Positions 56,866 to 64,000 of a stretch of DNA of 64,000 nucleotides are shown here, one piece after another. Below the pieces are notes generated by a model. It had not been told where the DNA came from. It worked only from the letters and a program-made list of their open reading frames with translations, and made no database searches. This DNA is from Spirochaetia bacterium (lineage in GTDB: Bacteria > Spirochaetota > Spirochaetia > SZUA-6 > Bin103): the NCBI GenBank assembly GCA_965203055.1, contig OZ241863.1:3408019-3472018 (forward strand), written 5' to 3'. A program made the translations under genes and the position numbers. Each line of letters begins with the position of its first letter. Positions within the stretch are counted from its first letter, which is position 1.

Positions 56866-58851
56866 TCAAGGTAGCGCAACCCGGCGCTGGCGGCGATACC
56901 AGACGCCGATGGCCGCCACGAACGCAATCTGGGCCGCGCTGTACGCGCCCAGGCCCAGCAACACCCCATCGGTAAAGCCGTACGAGTGCAGGCCGACCCC
57001 CAGGGCGTTGATCCCGAACCAGGCCGCCATCACCACGATGATCAGCAGCGCCGCGCCGGCCGCCATCCCGAATGGTCCGATCATCTTGCCCAGCCGGGCG
57101 TGAAACAGGACCGCGCACCACAGCACGATGAGCAGGGCGCCGTTCTCCTTCGGGTCCCAGCCCCAGAAGCGGCCCCACGACTGGTCGGCCCAGATGCCCC
57201 CCAGCATGGTGCCGGCGAAGGAACAGGTGAGCCCCAGGGCAAGCGCGCCGAACAGCGTCCGGTAGGTGTGCGCCAGCCGCCCGGCGGCCGCCCGCGAAGG
57301 GGCGGCGCCGCGGCGTCCCTGCAGCACCGCCTGCAGCATGTATACGTGGCCGATCAGCCCGGCCACGCAGCACGCCATGTAGCCGGTGGTTATTACGATG
57401 ACGTGAGTGGAGAGCCAGAAGTTGGTGTCCAGCACCGCCTGCAGCACCGGCATGGTATCGCCCTCGGCCGAGAACTTGCCGGACAGCAGGAAGAACACGA
57501 ACCCGCCGGCCAACCCGCAGAAGACGCCGAGGTAGCGCTTGCGCAGGTACTCCATGACGATCCCGCACACCACCGCGCCCCAGCCGACGAACACGAAGGT
57601 CTCGAACAGATTGGTGACCGGCGGCCGATCGGTGATCAGGATGCGCAGCACCAGGCCGAAGGTGTGCGGGATGAAGCCCACCATCAGCAGCAGCAGGCTG
57701 GCCCGATACAACCAGGTTCTGAAGCCGACGAACGACAGCGCCAGCACCAGCAGCCCGACGCCGTAGGCCACGCGGGCCGCCAGATAGGGGTTGGCGCGAT
57801 TGTAGAGGATTTCGAGATTGGGATCCTTGAGTTCCAGCTCGGGCGCGATGCGGCGTTGCACCGAATCGGTGAACTGGCGCGCCGCCAGTCCGAAGCGCAG
57901 ATCGCGTCCCTCCAGGTACGCCACCTGCAGGTCGCGCAACGCCAGCAGCTCGTTTTCCAGCGCCCGGAGCTGCGCCGCCCCGAGCCCCGCGGTCCGCTGC
58001 CCGTCGAGGACCTGCCAGGGCGTGAGCCAGCGCACCTCGCCGGCGCCGGAAACGGGAATGATCGGCAACGGGAAGCCGACGAAGTTGCCCTGCCACGCGG
58101 CGAGACTCTGACTGAGGCGCAGCAGCAACCCATCGCCGCGGCTGAAGGTCCCGCTGGCGGCGTGGGCGGCGCCCGCCGCGGTGGCTCCCGCGCGCAGCTC
58201 GGCGCGCCGCAGAGCGATGTCGAGATAGCTGTAGGTGCCGGTGCCGGGCAGTCCGAGCAGCTCCGCTACCGCCTGCTCGTCTACCTGAAAGTCGCGGTGC
58301 GGATAGGTAAAGGCGAACGCGGACAGGAGATTGGCATAGAGACCGACGTTGTTCCACAGGCGCAGGATCTCGCGCTCGACAATGGTACGGCTGTCCTCGC
58401 TGATCGCCGCGGCTTCCTCGGCCAGCCGTTCCAGCTCCTCCAGGCCGGGCAGCAGGAAGGAGACGCTGTAACGGTCGCGGCCGCGCGACTCCAGGCCCAT
58501 CGCCTCCAGCACGGCCGGATTGTCTACCAGGAAGACCGCGTCGTCGTGGGTCTCGTTGGGCGTGAACAGCACCCGCGCCAACCATTCGCCGGCGGGCCGG
58601 CGGGCGAAGCTGCGCCGCCCGGACAGGCGCAGCAGGGTAATGCGCGCGTAGCTGTCCAGCGGCATAAGCCGGCCTCCCTCCACCACCACGATGCGCTGCA
58701 GTGGGCCGAGGTCGGTAATGCGCAACGCTCCGGGCGCGAAGTCGCCGCTGCCGGCGAGCCCCGGCGCGGCTGCCTCCTGCGCCGCGCCGGCCGCGGCAAT
58801 CAGCAGCGCCGCCAGCGCCGCGGCCGCGCGCCTAGGCACCGTTGGGCCCAA
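56866..58851 (-). CDS. ccsA: Cytochrome c biogenesis system II protein CcsA/ResC with a large N-terminal periplasmic domain
   Basis: GRLMPLDSYAR; RPPVTNLFE; VLDTNFWLSTHV; WWD motif LGGIWADQSWGRFWGWDPKENGA; GLHSYGF. Confidence 0.92.
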   Translation of the reverse strand: MGPTVPRRAAAALAALLIAAAGAAQEAAAPGLAGSGDFAPGALRITDLGPLQRIVVVEGGRLMPLDSYARITLLRLSGRRSFARRPAGEWLARVLFTPNETHDDAVFLVDNPAVLEAMGLESRGRDRYSVSFLLPGLEELERLAEEAAAISEDSRTIVEREILRLWNNVGLYANLLSAFAFTYPHRDFQVDEQAVAELLGLPGTGTYSYLDIALRRAELRAGATAAGAAHAASGTFSRGDGLLLRLSQSLAAWQGNFVGFPLPIIPVSGAGEVRWLTPWQVLDGQRTAGLGAAQLRALENELLALRDLQVAYLEGRDLRFGLAARQFTDSVQRRIAPELELKDPNLEILYNRANPYLAARVAYGVGLLVLALSFVGFRTWLYRASLLLLMVGFIPHTFGLVLRILITDRPPVTNLFETFVFVGWGAVVCGIVMEYLRKRYLGVFCGLAGGFVFFLLSGKFSAEGDTMPVLQAVLDTNFWLSTHVIVITTGYMACCVAGLIGHVYMLQAVLQGRRGAAPSRAAAGRLAHTYRTLFGALALGLTCSFAGTMLGGIWADQSWGRFWGWDPKENGALLIVLWCAVLFHARLGKMIGPFGMAAGAALLIIVVMAAWFGINALGVGLHSYGFTDGVLLGLGAYSAAQIAFVAAIGVWYRRQRRVALP

Positions 58852-59983
58852 CAGGGGCGCCGCGCCGCCGGCGCCGCAACACCAGGGTCTGGATGAAGTG
58901 CACGGCGAGCCCGACTCCCACCGCCGCGGTGCCGACGTAGGGCACCAGGCGGCTGCGGTTATGAACCACGGCGAACGTCGAGGTCTCCTGACCGGTCGCG
59001 TCGATCGCGTAGGAGGCCTGGTAGAACGTGTAGCCCGCGTACCGCAGCGGGTTGTTCATCGAGATCCGAGCGCTGCGGGTCAGTTCCGGCGTGCGCAGGG
59101 TGACGTCACTTTCGAAGCTGCGCGGCGTGTCCGAATTGGGGTGGAACTCGGCCCGGAAGTCCTGCAGGGTGAGGAGCAGCGGCATCGGGTGCCGCGTGCG
59201 CCGCAGGCTCACTGCCACGCGGCGCGCGCCCGCGGTGGGAACCAGCGCCGGTCCCAGGTCGCTGCCGTAGAGCAGGACCTCGGCGCTGCCGCCGGCGTGG
59301 CGCACTTCCAGCAGCAGGCCGGGGAAGTTCTCCTGCGGGTCGGGCGACACCCTGCTCTCCTCCAGACTGCCGATGCCGGAACCGTTGATCCAGCGCACCG
59401 GCTCGTTGCTGGCGCGGCTGAAGGCGCGCGCGTTGCGGAAGTAGCGCCGCGGGCGCAGCTCCACGCCGTAGCGCGGAATGGGCACGGTGCGCCCGGCCGC
59501 CAGCGCATCGGCGTCCACCGCCGCCACCCGGCGGGTCTCGGCGCTCGGATCCCAGACCGCCACCTCCCAATCGAAGTAGTCGGAGGTGACGTTGGCGCCC
59601 TCGCCCTCCAGCAGCGAGAGGAATGACTCTTGCGCGAAGTACTGGGTAAAGAACATGCCGAAGAAGAGGGCGAACAGCCCGCCGTGGATGATCAGAATGC
59701 CGATCCGCTTCACCTGGTAGGAAAAGCGGTAGATGGTTGCCGCCAGGAGATTGACGAACAGCACCCAGAGTACGAGTTGGGCCCCGGGCAGTGGTACGAA
59801 GCCGGCCGCCAGGGTGAAGAACGACTCGAAGTAGATCTTCTGCGCGGAGTAGATCCCGTTGGGGAGCTGATGCAGGGTGCCAAGAAGGGTGAGCAGGAAC
59901 AGCAGCAGCAGACACACCACCGTGACCCGCAGGTCGATCAGCAGACGCACCACCGGGTAGCGTCTGATGGCGGCAGCTAACAC
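58832..59983 (-). CDS. Cytochrome c biogenesis protein ResB/CcsB-like
   Basis: LGTLHQ; PLPG; GILIIHGG; L.DFRAEFHP.SDTPRSFESDV; ISMNNPLRYAGYTFYQAS. Confidence 0.88.
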   Translation of the reverse strand: MLAAAIRRYPVVRLLIDLRVTVVCLLLLFLLTLLGTLHQLPNGIYSAQKIYFESFFTLAAGFVPLPGAQLVLWVLFVNLLAATIYRFSYQVKRIGILIIHGGLFALFFGMFFTQYFAQESFLSLLEGEGANVTSDYFDWEVAVWDPSAETRRVAAVDADALAAGRTVPIPRYGVELRPRRYFRNARAFSRASNEPVRWINGSGIGSLEESRVSPDPQENFPGLLLEVRHAGGSAEVLLYGSDLGPALVPTAGARRVAVSLRRTRHPMPLLLTLQDFRAEFHPNSDTPRSFESDVTLRTPELTRSARISMNNPLRYAGYTFYQASYAIDATGQETSTFAVVHNRSRLVPYVGTAAVGVGLAVHFIQTLVLRRRRRGAPVGPNGA

Positions 59984-59990
59984 CCGGCCA

Positions 59991-60587
59991 TCACGAGGTA
60001 CGCGCGGCGGCGAGTTCCAGGCTGCCGACCAGGCGCAGGAAGTCGCTCCGCGCCGCAGCCACCGCGGCCCCGTTCCCGGACATCTTCACGAACAGGGTCT
60101 GATCGAGCGCCGGCCCCACCGCCACCATCATCGAATCCCCGTCGGGCGCGGTCAGAGCGGTGAAGTCGTAGACGGTGAGGCGCAACCCGCCGCGGGTCGC
60201 CACCGGCTCGCCGGCGGCCAGAAACTGCGCCAGCTCGTCACCCGCGAGCCGCAGCCCGAGCTGCTCGAGCCAGCGCGCCACGTTCGCTTCGACGCCGCCG
60301 GCGGCGCCGCCAAGCATGACCACGGTGGTCTCGACCAGGGTGCTCTCGCGGTCGCCGCCCTGTTCGAGGCGGAACGCCGCGAGCCGGATCCCGTCACCCG
60401 GCAGCTCCTGCCACGTCGGCGGCGTCTGCCACGCCAGCGGCGCCGCGCCGCCGAGGGGGCCACTGCCGTCGAAGGCCGCCTCCACCGGCGAGGGTTTGAT
60501 GACCACTTCGTCATACTCGCGCACGCGCGGCTCGCGCGCGCAGGCCGCCGTCGCCAGGAGGGCCGCGCCGAGGAGCAACCGGGTCAC
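59991..60587 (-). CDS. Hypothetical lipoprotein in the ccs operon
   Basis: Lipobox ATAAC; WQTPPTW; GGVEANVARW..QLGL; FVKMSG. Confidence 0.7.
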   Translation of the reverse strand: MTRLLLGAALLATAACAREPRVREYDEVVIKPSPVEAAFDGSGPLGGAAPLAWQTPPTWQELPGDGIRLAAFRLEQGGDRESTLVETTVVMLGGAAGGVEANVARWLEQLGLRLAGDELAQFLAAGEPVATRGGLRLTVYDFTALTAPDGDSMMVAVGPALDQTLFVKMSGNGAAVAAARSDFLRLVGSLELAAARTS

Positions 60588-60596
60588 CGGCAGCGC

Positions 60597-60878
60597 CTAG
60601 CCGCCGGCGTCGGCCAGGCGGGTCACCGTACGCACCTCCGGCAACGGCACCACCACCCGGTCAAGCTCCTTCCACTGGCCGAAGCGAGCCGCGGTGCGCA
60701 CGTATTGCTCCTTCGACGGACCGCCCTCGCCCTCGGTGTGGCGCGCGACGTCGAGCAGTACGATTCCGTCGCTCCGCTGTTCGAAGAAGCGGCCGATGTA
60801 GAGCGCCGGGCCGACGGTATCCACCACTACGGTGATGCCGTGCAGCTCGCCCCTGGCCGCATGCCTGGAGTGTCTCAG
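60597..60878 (-). CDS. Hypothetical Sm/LSm-like small beta protein; start codon unclear
   Basis: ELHGITVVVDTVGPALYIGRFFEQRSDGIVLLDVARH...VVVPLPEVRTVTRL. There is no in-frame ATG after the upstream gene. Confidence 0.55.
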   Translation of the reverse strand: MRHSRHAARGELHGITVVVDTVGPALYIGRFFEQRSDGIVLLDVARHTEGEGGPSKEQYVRTAARFGQWKELDRVVVPLPEVRTVTRLADAGG

Positions 60879-61297
60879 GCGGACAGGTGCTCGTCGAACG
60901 CTGCCACGAGATCCGCGGCGATCGCCTGCGGCGCGCGCCCCTCGATCTGATGGCGCGGGTACATGAACACCAGCTCGCCGCCACGGAACAGCGCGACCGA
61001 TGGGCTGCTCGGCGGAATATGGGGAAGGTAGCTGCGCGCCTTGACGGTAGCGTCCAGGTCCTGACCGGCAAATACGGTGGCGATGCGATCCGGAGTCACC
61101 TCGTGGCGCAGCGCCAGCCTGATGCCGGGGCGCGCGCTGCCGGCCGCGCAGCCGCATACGGAATTGATGACGATCATGGCGGATCCGGTCTCGTCGGCCA
61201 TGAACCGGTCTACGTCGGCGGCGGTCAGCAATTCTTCGATGCCCACCGCGGTGAGCTCGTCGCGCATTGGTTGCACGAGCACAGGGTCGTACGGCAT
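60875..61297 (-). CDS. Bacilliredoxin (YphP/YqiW, BrxA/BrxB redox family; unrelated to BREX)
   Basis: MPYDPVLVQPMRDELT; INSVCGCAAGSARP; TVFAGQD; PPSSPS.ALF; RHQIEGR. Confidence 0.92.
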   Translation of the reverse strand: MPYDPVLVQPMRDELTAVGIEELLTAADVDRFMADETGSAMIVINSVCGCAAGSARPGIRLALRHEVTPDRIATVFAGQDLDATVKARSYLPHIPPSSPSVALFRGGELVFMYPRHQIEGRAPQAIAADLVAAFDEHLSA

Positions 61298-61303
61298 GCG
61301 GCT

Positions 61304-61333
61304 AACATAGTGGCGCCTGAGAATCCGCGTCAA
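61304..61333 (-). promoter_or_regulatory. Sigma70-like promoter giving a leaderless transcript of the bacilliredoxin-ccs-tat operon
   Basis: TTGACG, an 18-nt spacer, TATGTT, then 6 nt to the ATG at 61297. Confidence 0.6.
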
Positions 61334-61353
61334 GCCGGCACCGCGGCGCGGCG

Positions 61354-62256
61354 CTACACCGGCCGCACGTCGGCGGCCGCGGGAAGCGCCGCGCGCGCGG
61401 CCGGAGCCGCCAGTTCGCGCGCCGCCGCCGCGGCCGCGGGAGCCGGCGCGACCCCCACGCCGGCCGCGGCCGGCGCGCGCCGGCGCCGGGTTCCCACCGC
61501 CGGCGCGAGCGGCGCCCCGGCGGGCGCGTTCCCGGAGGCGGCCGGCGCCGCGGGAATGGCGCCGAAGCGGCGCTCGCGGCCGTGGAACTCCTGGATCGCC
61601 GCCTGCATTTCGCCGCGGCTGAAGTCGGGCCACATCACCTCGGTGAAGTACAGCTCGGCGTAGGCGGCCTCCCAGAGCAGGAAGTCACTGAGACGTTGCT
61701 CGCCGCCGGTGCGGATGATCAGATCCACCTCCTGCACCGCACACTCGCCGGCCGGGCTGGCTACCAGCCGGCCAAAGGCCGCGTACCGTTCCTTCGCGCC
61801 GGCCGCGGCCAGCTCGGAGAGCCGTTCCGCGGCCGCCAGGATCGCATCCCGCGCCGAGTAGTCGATGGCGATGCGCAGCAGCAGGCGCCGGCCATCCCGG
61901 GTGGTCCGTTCGGCGGTGTCGATGGCGCGGCGCAAGGGCGCTCCAAGACGGTCGCGGCGCCCGATTACCTGGACCCGCACGCCGTTTGCCACGCACTCGT
62001 CCATCTCGCCGTACAGGTGGCGCTCGAACAGCCGCATCAGCAGCCTGACCTCGCGCGCCGGACGGTGCCAGTTATTGGCCGAGAACGCGTACAGGGTGAG
62101 CACCCGCACGCCGAAGTCGGGCGCGGCGCGCACGCAGGAGCGCACCGCCCGCAGTCCGGCGCGATGGCCGCGGTAGCGGCTCAACCGTTGGCGCGCGGCC
62201 CAGCGGCCGTTGCCGTCCATGATGATGCCGACGTGCAGTCCTCCGGTACCGTTCAC
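61354..62256 (-). CDS. uppS: Undecaprenyl/polyprenyl diphosphate synthase (cis-prenyltransferase)
   Basis: [13 protein letters not shown]; GHRAG; [12 protein letters not shown]; [21 protein letters not shown]. Ala/Pro-rich tail; GTG at 62256. Confidence 0.92.
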   Translation of the reverse strand: MNGTGGLHVGIIMDGNGRWAARQRLSRYRGHRAGLRAVRSCVRAAPDFGVRVLTLYAFSANNWHRPAREVRLLMRLFERHLYGEMDECVANGVRVQVIGRRDRLGAPLRRAIDTAERTTRDGRRLLLRIAIDYSARDAILAAAERLSELAAAGAKERYAAFGRLVASPAGECAVQEVDLIIRTGGEQRLSDFLLWEAAYAELYFTEVMWPDFSRGEMQAAIQEFHGRERRFGAIPAAPAASGNAPAGAPLAPAVGTRRRRAPAAAGVGVAPAPAAAAAARELAAPAARAALPAAADVRPV

Positions 62257-62396
62257 CGGACGAGACGGTCGAGGCCCGGTTCCGCCGGACCGGTCAACCC
62301 CTGGATCGCCTCCAGGAGCCGGGGCGTCACGGCAGGCGCGCCCACGCCCAGGTCCTCCGCGGCCCGCGCGGGGGTCCGCGTCGGGGTCTGCAACAT
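62253..62396 (-). CDS. Small hypothetical ORF (47 aa) coupled to uppS
   Basis: ATG at 62396 lies just downstream of TTGACT-18 nt-TATCGT. The stop overlaps the uppS start (GTGA). Confidence 0.4.
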   Translation of the reverse strand: MLQTPTRTPARAAEDLGVGAPAVTPRLLEAIQGLTGPAEPGLDRLVR

Positions 62397-62438
62397 GCGC
62401 TGCCAACGATAGTACCTGGGCCGAAACGGAGTCAAGTA

Positions 62439-62453
62439 CTTTGCGCTGCAAAG
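62439..62453. promoter_or_regulatory. Palindromic operator candidate between the divergent uppS and fucI promoters
   Basis: CTTTGC-gct-GCAAAG, with an extra GCAAAG half-site at 62460-62465. Confidence 0.45.
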
Positions 62454-62511
62454 CCTCCCGCAAAGGCGGCGCGCGACTTGCCAACTCCGGGCACACCGTT
62501 AGACTACGGGC

Positions 62512-64000
62512 ATGGCCTTCGCCTGGAACACCGCCGAACCAACCCACCGTCTGACCACCCCGCTGCCCCGCGTCGGCATTCGCCCGGCGATCGACGGGCG
62601 CCGCCGGGGCGTGCGCGAGTCCCTGGAAGAAGTCACCCTGAGGCAGGCGCGGCGGGTTGCGGCCTTGATCACCGACAACCTGCGCCACGCCTGCGGGTTG
62701 CCGGTCGAGTGCGTGGTGGCCGACACCTGCATCGGCGGCGCCGCGGAGGCGGCCGCCTGCGCGGCGCAGTTCCGGCGCGCCGGGGTGGGCGTCTCGCTGA
62801 CGGTCACCCCCTGCTGGTGCTACGGCGCCGAGACCATGGACATGGACCCGTTGCTGCCGAAGGCGGTGTGGGGCTTCAACGGTACCGAGCGTCCGGGCGC
62901 GGTGTACCTGGCCGCGGTACTGGCGGCGCACGCCCAGAAGGGGGTGCCGGCGTTCGGCATCTACGGCCGCGAGGTCCAGGATGCCGACGACGACGCGATC
63001 CCGGGCGACGTGCGCGCCAAGATACTCTCCTTCGTACGCGCGGGGGTGGCCGCCGGTACCATGCAGGGCACCTCCTATCTGGCCATGGGCGGGGTCTCGA
63101 TGGGTATCGGCGGCTCCATCGTCGATCCCGGGTTTCTCGAGCGCTACCTGGGCATGCGCTACGAGATGGTTGACATGACCGAATTCGTGCGGCGGATCGA
63201 GGAGGGAATCTACGACCGCGACGAGCTGGCGCGGGCCCAGGAGTGGACCGCCGGCTACTGCCGGCGCGGTCCCGACCCCAATCCCGCGCCGCAGCGGCTG
63301 CCGGCCGCGCGCCATGCCGCCGACTGGGACTACTGTCTGAAGATGGCGCTCATCGGGCGCGATCTGATGGTGGGCAACCCGCGCCTGGCCGAGGCCGGAT
63401 TCGGCGAGGAAGCGCTGGGCCACAACGCCCTGGCGGCCGGCTTCCAGGGGCAGCGCCAATGGACCGATCACTTCCCCAACGGCGACCTGCTGGAGACCCT
63501 GCTCAATACCTCGTTCGACTGGAACGGCATCCGCCAGCCCTACCTGATGGCTACCGAGAACGACTATCTGAACGGCATCACCATGCTGTTCGGCCACTTG
63601 CTCACCGGCAGCGCGCAGGTGTTCGCCGACGTCCGCACCTACTGGAGTCCGGCCGCAATGGAGCGGGTCACCGGCCGCCGGCCGGAGGGACCGGCCGCGC
63701 AAGGAGTGTTGCACCTGATCAACTCCGGGTCCGCGGCGCTGGACGGGACCGGGCGCCAGCGCCGCGGCGGCGAACCGGCGATGAAGCCGTTCTGGGAAAT
63801 CTCGCCCGCCGAGGCGGAGGCCTGCCTGGCTGCCGCCCGCTTCTGTCCCGCGGTGCTGGAGTACTTCCGCGGCGGCGGCTACTCCACCGAGTTCGAGACT
63901 GCCGGCGGCATGCCGGTCACCATCTCCCGCCTCAATCAGGTGGCGGGCCTGGGACCGACGCTGCAACTCGCCGAGGGCCACACCGTGTCGCTGCCGCCGG
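62512..64000 (+). CDS. fucI: L-fucose isomerase, 5' part (runs off the window end; absent from the ORF track)
   Basis: Manual translation from ATG 62512 gives ..[94 protein letters not shown]. Confidence 0.95.
   Translation, partial: MAFAWNTAEPTHRLTTPLPRVGIRPAIDGRRRGVRESLEEVTLRQARRVAALITDNLRHACGLPVECVVADTCIGGAAEAAACAAQFRRAGVGVSLTVTPCWCYGAETMDMDPLLPKAVWGFNGTERPGAVYLAAVLAAHAQKGVPAFGIYGREVQDADDDAIPGDVRAKILSFVRAGVAAGTMQGTSYLAMGGVSMGIGGSIVDPGFLERYLGMRYEMVDMTEFVRRIEEGIYDRDELARAQEWTAGYCRRGPDPNPAPQRLPAARHAADWDYCLKMALIGRDLMVGNPRLAEAGFGEEALGHNALAAGFQGQRQWTDHFPNGDLLETLLNTSFDWNGIRQPYLMATENDYLNGITMLFGHLLTGSAQVFADVRTYWSPAAMERVTGRRPEGPAAQGVLHLINSGSAALDGTGRQRRGGEPAMKPFWEISPAEAEACLAAARFCPAVLEYFRGGGYSTEFETAGGMPVTISRLNQVAGLGPTLQLAEGHTVSLPP

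Noticed and set aside
60875-61297. BrxA/BrxB-family gene as the missing BREX brxA
   Set aside because: Name collision only: it is a bacilliredoxin with a CGC motif. BREX brxA would lie upstream of position 1.
62257-63981. Long N-terminal extension of the uppS ORF (875 aa)
   Set aside because: Antisense to fucI; UppS homology begins near 62256.

Overview
This is a very GC-rich bacterial window. Gene content hints at a free-living or host-associated Spirochaetota-like lineage, but this is inference only. Positions 1-21.7 kb form a defence island built on a type 1-like BREX operon: the 3' end of brxB, then brxC, pglX, pglZ and brxL. Two internal slots carry about 10 kb of cargo. The brxC-pglX slot holds an antisense ATPase/DUF234 nuclease-like gene, an N-terminally truncated Schlafen/AlbA_2-type ATP-binding gene with an extra beta-rich C-terminal domain, an AAA_21 ATPase + DUF4276 pair, and a frameshifted Uma2 endonuclease with a relic copy. 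The pglX-pglZ slot holds a low-GC Sir2-HerA-KTSC three-gene cassette and an intact AlbA_2/HATPase gene. The Sir2-HerA-KTSC triad nested in BREX is the best candidate for an undescribed system variant. Positions 22-64 kb are mostly housekeeping: pdxA, alaA, mtaB, an LpoB-type lipoprotein operon with a large repeat lipoprotein, DUF1015, a SMUG1-like glycosylase, gltBD, a two-component pair, hflX, argH, cimA with a candidate attenuator, a pan RNA-like leader with panB-panC-coaX-coaBC, tatCBA with system II cytochrome c maturation genes, a bacilliredoxin, uppS and partial fucI. No CRISPR array, rRNA, tRNA, transposase or integrase was recognised. Family assignments come from motif recognition by eye, not database searches.
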